A stretch of 64,000 bases of DNA from Octopus vulgaris. Lineage: Eukaryota. This document shows positions 54,112-64,000 of this stretch, in pieces (within the stretch, counting starts at the first letter, position 1; each line of letters opens with the position of its first letter). Location of the stretch: the NCBI GenBank assembly GCA_951406725.2, contig OX597831.1, positions 13,206,001 through 13,270,000 of the forward strand, read 5' to 3'. The notes under the pieces are model-generated. The model was given only the letters and a program-made list of their open reading frames with translations, did no database searches and had not been told where the DNA came from. Made by a program: the position numbers and the translations under genes.

Positions 54112-54958
54112 ACACATGCATACATACATAAATACATAATACATACATACATACATACATACATACATACATACATACATACATGCATACATACATACAT
54201 ACATGCATGCATACATACATACATAAATACATACATACATACATGCATACATACATGCATGCATACATACATACATACATACATGCATACATACATACAT
54301 AAATACATACATACATACATACATGCATGCATACATACATAAATACATACATACATACATACATACATACATACATACATACATACATACATACATACAT
54401 ACATACATACATACATACATACATACATACATACATACATACATACATACATACATACATACATACATACATACATACATACATACATACATACATACAT
54501 ACATACATACATACATACATACATACATACATACATACATACATACATACATGCATACATACATACATACATGCATGCATACATACATACATACATACAT
54601 ACATGCATGCATACATACATACATACATACATACATACATACATGCATGCATACATACATACATACATACATACATGCATGCATACATACATACATACAT
54701 ACATACATACATACATGCATACATACATACATACATACATGCATACATACATACATAAATACATACATACATACATGCATACATACATGCATGCATACAT
54801 ACATACATACATACATGCATACATACATACATAAATACATACATACATACATACATGCATGCATACATACATACATACATGCATGCATACATACATACAT
54901 ACATACATACATGCATGCATACATACATACATACATACATACATACATACATACATGC
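54112..54958. repeat. ~850-bp (CATA)n array with CATG/AATA variant units
   Basis: Direct reading of the sequence. Confidence 0.97.
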
Positions 54959-55045
54959 TCTCATCTATGAGTCCGCTACGTCTTTCTTATTATCACTCTG
55001 TGCTCGTATATTCAGTTCTACACAAGGTTGTTAGCTTCGCAATGA

Positions 55046-55111
<66 letters not shown>

Positions 55112-55772
55112 TCATTCCACTCTTCGTTCTTTCATTTCCCCTCTCTCACATTTCTTTGCTTTTTCTTATTCGCTTTCCCTCCACTTTTCGCTTCACTGTG
55201 TCCCTGTCGTTTTCTCTTCCCCCTCCTTAATTATTCTGTCCCTCTGCTCCTACTTCTCTCTCTTCTCTTCCCACGTGACCAATTGGCTAGCCTGCTCTTT
55301 CATTTTCGGTCTCACCGTGGTCCGTGCAACATCGATATTCTTCCCCGAGTTTGTGAAACATTTGTATCTCTGCCGCAAGGCTTCATCTCCACACGCGCCA
55401 GCTTAATTCAATTCGTCCTTAGTCGAAAGACACTCATTATTATGTCCTGTTATTATTTTTATTGTATTTAAATTTGTGTAACATTGTCCGTTTTTTCCGT
55501 CCTTGTTTTTGTATACATTCGCTGCTTTCTTCCAAGGAATCTAATGCTCTTAGCTTAGTTTTTTTCTTGGGGCTGGCCAGATTGGAGCAATCGCTAAAAA
55601 TAATCAGCCGAAATTGCGAGGATAATCTGGTTCTTGACTGAAGATATAAAACTTCGAATGACCCGTTCTCTTTTTGTTTGTTTGTTTGTATTATCGTCTA
55701 TCTGGATGTTGATGTTGTGTTGTCCCCTTTTTGTATCACCTAGTTGTCCGGATGTTTTGCGTTCCCATATTC

Positions 55773-55846
<74 letters not shown>

Positions 55847-56291
55847 GAGGCGGCATCACAAGTTGCCAGACTACTTCTTTAAGTATTAACTAAGGATTGT
55901 ATTGATGACAAAAATTGGATGATACTCGAAACCAAAGTGTATTGATGAAGGTATGCTACACTATTCGTCCATACCGAATTTCGATAAGATATCATCAACT
56001 ATACAACTCAACTTACAATTTAGTAAAGAATATTGTTAATTGCGCGTGTATGGATTACAGGGTGTAGAGCTTAAAGGTGGGAAATTCTCCATACATATGT
56101 TTTCCAAGCCAATCTAAAAATGTCTTATGTCATAAGGACCTACAATCACCGTTATTCCTGCCTGAAGAAATACTCAACTGTGTACATATGTGGGTTACAT
56201 ATTTGTGATACGTAAGATATGATGAGATTGGTTCGGTAACATATGTGATACATATTTACCTTTTGGCTCCTCTCCACCGTTGAATATATAT

Positions 56292-56356
<65 letters not shown>

Positions 56357-56818
56357 GAAATATATATGCATACATACATATATTTATTTGTGATGTGTAT
56401 GCGCATATATAAATTAATCATCAAAATGAATGGGATTCTTTAAAAGATTCGACTGTGTGTTTTAAAAAACCTCTCAACACTTATTCGATTGTATTTTGGA
56501 CGATCTTACAAATAGATGTTAAAAATAAAAGTTCCAACAATGAAACGTATATTCTTTCTCTGTTGCAAAAGGAAATTGAAGACACCATATTAGTGAAACT
56601 AATACCATTGTATTGCATCAAAGTAATCCACCAACGCGGTCGACACCATAAACACCACCACTACCACCACAACCACCACCACCACCACCACCACAACCAC
56701 CACCACCACCACCACCACCACCACCACCACCACCACCACCACCATCATATAATCTTCACCATCGTCATCATCATCATCATTATCATCATCATTATCATCA
56801 TCACCATTATTATTATTA

Positions 56819-56882
<64 letters not shown>

Positions 56883-57297
56883 CATCATTATTATTATTAT
56901 TGCTGTTAATGTTATCACATATACGGAAAATATGGATTTCTATTAATCTAAAAGGACAAAAAATGTTTTTATCATGTATGCTGTAATACACGCAGGCACA
57001 CATACACATATACATCCATACATACATATCGACATCGATACTTACATACATACACTCATGTATGCATGTATATATATGCATGTGTGCCTGTATGCAATTC
57101 TGTATTGGGGAGACGTCATCGGGAATCTTGTCACCAACACCAAAAACCAAGAATCAACAATTACAATTCTAGCTGCGAGAAACTCATGACACCCAACAGA
57201 CAGTCACGGCGTCGCACACATTTATATATTCATACAAACACGTACAGACACGCACATGCATACACGCACTTGTATATATACATATATTCATATATAA

Positions 57298-57414
<117 letters not shown>

Positions 57415-57476
57415 TTACTTCGAAATGGATGCTTGGCATTCGATCATATAATAATGTAAATGATATATATATATAA

Positions 57477-57550
<74 letters not shown>

Positions 57551-58312
57551 TATACAGGCATACATGTACATGCCTACATATATATGTACATATACATGAA
57601 TATATGGGTTATAGGACGTCAAAAAAGACGTGAACGAAATGAGAAACGAGAACATAAAAAACAAAAGCACGGAAAATGGACATTTTTTCAAACAACGAAA
57701 GAAACAAAAAGAGAAACGAGACAGGTAACATAATGAACATTCCTTTCATCAGTTATCTACTTCATCTTTTATCTACTCCGCGTTTGGAAGTACACCTATA
57801 TGTGTGTGTATGTACGTATGTATATATATTGTATGTGTTTATAATAAGTGGAGTGTACATAAAAATAGAGTAAATGTAAATAAAAATACACAGAATAAAG
57901 GCCATTTTAATTTTTTTTCTCTCTCTCTCACCTTGATTATGTCACATGTTTTATAACAAAGTTATGACGTAGAGAAAGAATTCGATGTGCAAGAGGAGAG
58001 AAAAGCACAACAGCCACAACGGCAACAAAAACAAACGTTAGCACCACCACCACCACCACCACCACTACCACCACAAGTACAAGAACAATACAGATACTTG
58101 CATTGTGAAATGCTATAAGCAGCAATAATGATATGAGGTAAGAAGAAAATGGAGAAAGACAACTATAACAGCGAAAAGTGGGGAAAAAAAAACAAAAACG
58201 TATTAGCAACTTAAAATAATACGAAAGCGCACCTGCGTTCATTCAAGAATTCTCTTCATAGATTTATGAACGACGAGGCGTAGTAGTAGTAGTAGTCGTA
58301 GTTGTAGTAGTT

Positions 58313-58345
<33 letters not shown>

Positions 58346-58412
58346 GCAAAATAGCAATAACAATAATAATAGCAATAATAATATTAATAGAGTTAATAAA
58401 TAATAATAATCA

Positions 58413-58465
<53 letters not shown>

Positions 58466-58516
58466 TTACTACTACTTCTACTGCTACTTCTGCTACTTCT
58501 ACTGCTACTGCTGCTG

Positions 58517-58585
<69 letters not shown>

Positions 58586-58728
58586 ATGATAATAATTAGA
58601 AAACAGTGTTATTAGGTACACCTAGGATACGTATGACGGTTCATGGAATCTAAGGCTATTTGATGTAGCCCGATGTCAGGATTCTTTTCCAGCAGTCTAA
58701 TCTGTTGTGTGTATAAAATAATAATAAC

Positions 58729-58760
<32 letters not shown>

Positions 58761-58868
58761 TAATAATAATAATAATAATAATAATAATCATAGTAATAAA
58801 AATAATGTAAAAACAAAAACAATTCCTATCATAGTGGGCGCATTAAATATATATATATATATATATAT

Positions 58869-59218
58869 AGGCGCAGGAGTGGCTGTGTGATAAGAAGCCT
58901 GGTTCCGGGTTCAGTCCCACTGCATGGCATCTTGGGCAAGTGTCTTCTGCTATAACCTCAGGCTGACCAAAGCCCTGTGAGTGGATTTGGCAAATGGAAA
59001 CTGATAGAAGCCTGTCGTGTGTATATATATATATGTGTGTGTGTTTGTGTTTGTTTGTTCCACCACCATCACCTGACAACCGATGTTGGTGTGTTTACGT
59101 CCCCGTAACTTATCGAGAATACGTACTAGACTTATAAAGAATAACTCCTGGGGTCGATTTGTTCGACTAAAGCCGGTGCTCCAGCATGGTCGCAGTCAAA
59201 TGACTGAAACAAGCAAAA
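58869..59218 (+). mobile_element. SINE family B (OK-like)
   Basis: Head GGCGCAGGAGTGGCTGTGTG through tail ATGACTGAAACAAG. Confidence 0.88.
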
Positions 59219-59601
59219 TAATATACATATATGTATATAATATTGGTGGCTTATTCGCAATTTTATATCCTAATGGCAGAAATATAGTCGTCACTAAATT
59301 ATTGCTAGAAATAAGAGCCAAAGCAAAGAAATAGCCTTGAAAAACAGTATCTTAATGATGGACAAGGGAGGTAATCTTCCTACAACAGCGAACCTAGCCA
59401 GATCGTCGACAACTTCGCATTTTGATATACATCAGTGGCACTCAGCGCGCCTATATAAACAAACACACTCAAAGAGTAAATTTAATTTACGGAAATTGTA
59501 TTTGGAGCTAATGTTGTTACGCTTATGATTAAATCAAGTTGACTTTATTTCAACGTTTGGCATGTTTTCAGCTGTCAGTTCTGTTACGTAAATGAATGAA
59601 A

Positions 59602-59643
59602 TGCCTTGGAGTTTCGATACTGTTCAGAGTATCATCAGGCAAT
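59602..59643 (-). ncRNA. Degenerate hammerhead-like motif
   Basis: ttgc-CTGATGA-TACT..AGTA-TC-GAAA-C..ggca; cleavage triplet lost. Confidence 0.35.
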
Positions 59644-59705
59644 TGTGATATCGATCGGTGGTGGGTGGGGGGTGTGAAAGATTCATTCCGTCAGGCAATA
59701 TGAAC

Positions 59706-59774
59706 ATCTGTCTATCTTTCTATCATTTTGTCTACCTGCCTGTCTGTTTGTCTATTTGTCTGTCTGTTAGTCTG

Positions 59775-59836
<62 letters not shown>

Positions 59837-60270
59837 ATTTTGTCTGCCTGCCTGTCTGTCTGTCTATTTGTCTGTCTGTTTGTCTGTCTGTCTGTCCGTC
59901 TGTCTGTCTGTTTGTCTGTTTGTCTCTTTGTCTGTTTTCGTATGTATGTACCTGTCTTTCGGTCTGTCTGTCTGTTTATGTATGTATCTGCCTTTCTCTC
60001 TGCCATATCTGTCCGCCTGTCTGTCTGTCTGTCAATCTGTCTGTCTGTCTGTCTGTGTTTCTGTCTGTGTATCTATCCATGTATCTATCTCTCTGTCTGT
60101 CTCTCTGAGTATGTATGTATGTGTGTGTGTATGTATGTATGTTTGGCTGTTATCTGTTATCCTTTTTGTCTCTCTCTCTCTCTTTCTCTCTCTATCTATT
60201 TTTCTATCTATATTCTGTCTATGTATCCATTTTTCTATCTATCTGTCTGTCTGCGTGTCTGTATATCTAT
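59706..60270. repeat. Degenerate (TCTG)n/(TCTA)n low-complexity tract
   Basis: Direct reading of the sequence. Confidence 0.92.
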
Positions 60271-61626
60271 TATGAATACATACACATACATAGGTATACC
60301 TCAATCTGAGTCATTGTTTCCAAGACAAGCGACTTAACTCGAAATTGCTTCAACCATTCTACATATTAAAAAGCAAATCAAACAATCGTTTAAAGGAAAA
60401 TAATCATTAAAAATATAAAGTTAAGAAACATTTTTCAAGAGAAACCAAAATTCCAAGAAAATATGAAACAAATGCCAAAACCATTTACTTGTTTGGTGAT
60501 GACGTCGTGTTTTATTGACCAGGCGGAGCCAAGAAGGGGAACTTGGGGTTATGACATTCTTCAGGCATGCTTCCAATGAAGACCTTCGTATTCAATGTCA
60601 ACGAGTAATAGAAACTTACCTTGCGTGCCTTGAATGCGATTACACTTCTTGTTTCAGTAGGTTTAATGAGACATGCATCCACTCGTATCCGTTTCGCTTT
60701 TGGAAGCCTTAGGTCTCACATGAGGAGTCACCGGGTGAAGAGAACGAATTTTAAACATTGGCAAATAGTAATTATTGAAACGTGTGTTGTTAATGGTCAA
60801 TTTGATTAGATTTCTTTTCTGTCCTCGCTCAACTCTCATACTTCTCATCACAGCATTTCTTGGAAGGAAATATTTAGCGAGCAAATATAAATGTGTGTAT
60901 GTGTGTGTTTGTGTGAGAATGTCCATCCGCGCGTGTGTGTGTGTATATGTGTGTGTGTGTTTGTGTGTGTAATGGCACCACTTTAACTCGAACATGATTT
61001 AATGTCTTCCACCATTTCCCCATAAAACGGCAATAACGAAGTCCCTGAATCATCGAATTACGGAGAAAAAAAAATCGAGCATTAGCTTTTCTTTTTGCAA
61101 GCGGAAATGTAGAGAGCTGAACTGACTTTGGTGCGAAGCCGCAATGAATATAGCAATATGTTCATTGTAAAGGTGTCTAACAATTTTGCCACTGCGTCGC
61201 CTCTTCTCAATATATATTAATAAGTGTCTCATTAATGGAGCGTGGGTTGTGAATAAATCTGTGTGCAGTGTCAAAAGCATATTTAATAAAATATGTATTT
61301 AAAGAGTCGCGTGAGGCCAAATATATGTTTATTAAATATTTGGAGACTTCTCTGCATACGTGCCTACATATACATAAATATAGATATACGCATACATACG
61401 TAGTACATATACAAACACACGTGCTTATATTTATGTATATATGCAAATGCAAAGCCCCTACGTATGTATGCCTCTCTCGATCAGTCTGTCTGTCTGTCTG
61501 TCTCTCTATCTATCTATCTGTCAATCAGTATTAATTCATATATGTGTAAGCATCTATATATATACATATATATATATATATACATATATGTATATATACA
61601 TGTATGTAGATATGTATATATATATA

Positions 61627-61673
<47 letters not shown>

Positions 61674-61853
61674 CATTCATATATACATGTATACCTCGAA
61701 ATAAAAAGATAAAGTGATATGTATGAATATATAGACGTGTATGTATACATATATGTGTATATATAATATATACGTATATGTATATATAATAATAATATAC
61801 ATATATACATATAACATGTATGCATATATAGCTGTACATATATATACATATAT

Positions 61854-61920
<67 letters not shown>

Positions 61921-62294
61921 GTGTAACATATTAATAGCCAAGATGTTTGATATAACCAATTATTTATGTTATAGCTTTATATGATGTTCAATTAACATAG
62001 CTAGTAAATTACTTTTAATTCATATTTTCGAAGTTAATTCTCATATTCTTGCGAATATAATTGCAATAATACACTGTGTGAGGTTGGTGGTGACTTGGTC
62101 GCTAGAATCAAAACTATCACATTAAGAAATTGTGAAATATTTAGCATATTTATATAATTTATATAATGTTGTGGCCATTTACCATTTTAGCAATAGGAAT
62201 TCGTATTCTTGGTATTTAGAGTGTGTTATTATTACATTGACGAGGAATAGATGCAGAAAAAATTGGTTTCAAGGGGTTAGAAGTGTTACCCTTT

Positions 62295-62655
62295 TACTCC
62301 TCTACTCTTTTACTTGTTTCAGTCATTTGACTGTGGCCATGCTGGAGCAGCGCCTTTAGTTGAGCAAATTGACCCCAGGTCTTATTCTTTGTAAGCCTAG
62401 TACTTATTCTATCGGTCGAACGGCTAAGTTATGGGGACGTAAACACACCAGCATTGGTTGTCAAGCGATGTTGGGCTGACAAACAGAGACACACAAACGT
62501 ATACACACAAATATAAATATACATACGGGCTTCTTTCAGTTTCCATCAACCAAATCCATGCATAAGGCTGTCGTCGGCCCGAGGCTATAGTAGAAGGCAC
62601 TGCCGAAGGTGCCACGCAGTAGGACTGAACCCGGAACCATGTGGTTAGTAAACAA
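62295..62655 (-). mobile_element. SINE family B (OK-like)
   Basis: Tail TACTTGTTTCAGTCATTTGACTG through ACTGAACCCGGAACCATGTGG on the plus strand. Confidence 0.87.
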
Positions 62656-63504
62656 CCCAATTACAACACTGTAGGAGGAAATTCAAGATAAGAAACTCAA
62701 ATACGAGAGATTTAGGTAATCACAGAAAAACTAAGTGAAATACTTATTGCAAGTGTATGACGACCCATCAGATATTATCTCTCTCTCTCTATCTCTCTCT
62801 CTCTCTTTCTCTCTCTACATTAAGGCGATGCTCCAGCATGGCCGCTGTCAAATGACTGAAACAATTAAAAGAATAATAGAATGTACACACACACACGTTC
62901 TTTTAGTTTGCTTAGGCTTAATGTCTCGCGCTCGTAAAAGCTCCTACGCTCCTAAATGTTGACCACCGCCTTCTATATCCATGTTCCTATGTTATGCAGA
63001 AACGTATGTTGCAACTCATTTATAAAATATAAAAAAAAAAAAACGGCCAACCACAAATAATTTTCCTCATTACTCTACCTATGTATAGTTATATAAACGT
63101 TTGCATCACTAATATATGTCTATAAGTTCACATGTATATTCCTATAAAGAAATGCTTATGTAAATCTGCAGTAACAAGATCTTATGTTGTAAACCGAATA
63201 CCTACCTAACTCAGCGCTACCAAACAGCAGCAATTTAAGTTACTATAGCAACATCATTATTATTTACTATCAAATTAGAGATTGCTAGTGTTTTAAAGAA
63301 GCATCGGATAGTATGTACATTTCGTTCACCTTAAAATTTTACGCTGTCATAAATATGTGCGTACATACACACCACATGCGAACCAGCGTGCGCGTGCACA
63401 CACATACACACATATATATATATATGTACAGTTGTATATATTTATATACATATGTACATACATATGTATATATGTCAACATATATGTAGAGAAATATAGT
63501 TATG

Positions 63505-63546
<42 letters not shown>

Positions 63547-64000
63547 TATGTATATAGTTATATATGTGTGCGTGTATATATATATATATGTGTGTGTGCG
63601 TGTTATATATATATATATGTGTGTGTGTGTGTGGGTATTGATGTGTGTATACATATATATATATATACATATATATATACGTATGTGTGTGTCTGCATGT
63701 ATGTATATATAGATGTATATGTATATATGCTGTGTATGTCTGCATATATGTAGTTACATATGGTAAACAAAGTGTGCAGACACGCAGGTAGAAACTAAAA
63801 GAAAATTTCGAGTCGCATCCACTTATCGATCAATCGCAGAGAAATTTAATGTAATTTTCATGCATTTATTTATTATTTTTTTTTGTGTTTTGGTTCACCA
63901 CAGAACGGGAATTCACTTCCCGATCCTGTTGTGTCGTGTAGGAATATTTAGTGCTTCATTTTGTTTTTATTGTGGCAATGTTGAATTTACATATGCGCAC

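Noticed and set aside
54005-54964. 319-aa MYVC-repeat protein
   Set aside because: It is the (TATG)n array; overlapping ORFs exist in several frames
55844-55880. Mariner-like TIR start TACGAGGCGGCATCACAAGTT
   Set aside because: No matching opposite end or transposase sequence found nearby

Overview
Very AT-rich, gene-poor eukaryotic DNA made almost entirely of microsatellites ((TA)n, (CATA)n, (TAGA)n, compound trinucleotides) and interspersed repeats. The repeat content resembles an octopus (cephalopod) genome; this is an inference from recalled SINE families, not a database match. No intact cellular protein-coding gene is supported, and nearly all listed ORFs are microsatellite translation artefacts. 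Recognisable elements are a 5'-truncated CR1-like LINE with a mutated RT motif (18.5-20.2 kb), other LINE fragments, a decayed mariner transposase (24.8-25.8 kb), three or more tRNA-derived SINE families, mini-Helitrons, MITEs, Penelope-like (PLE) GIY-YIG remnants and a 2.54-kb microhomology-bounded tandem duplication. The main unexplained signal is about a dozen minimal type-I hammerhead ribozyme (HHR) motifs in several unrelated small elements. They include a tRNA-headed SINE carrying an intact-core hammerhead (48463-48729), a ~200-bp HHR element repeatedly found in (TA)n tracts, and HHRs inside long foldbacks. All folds were read by eye.
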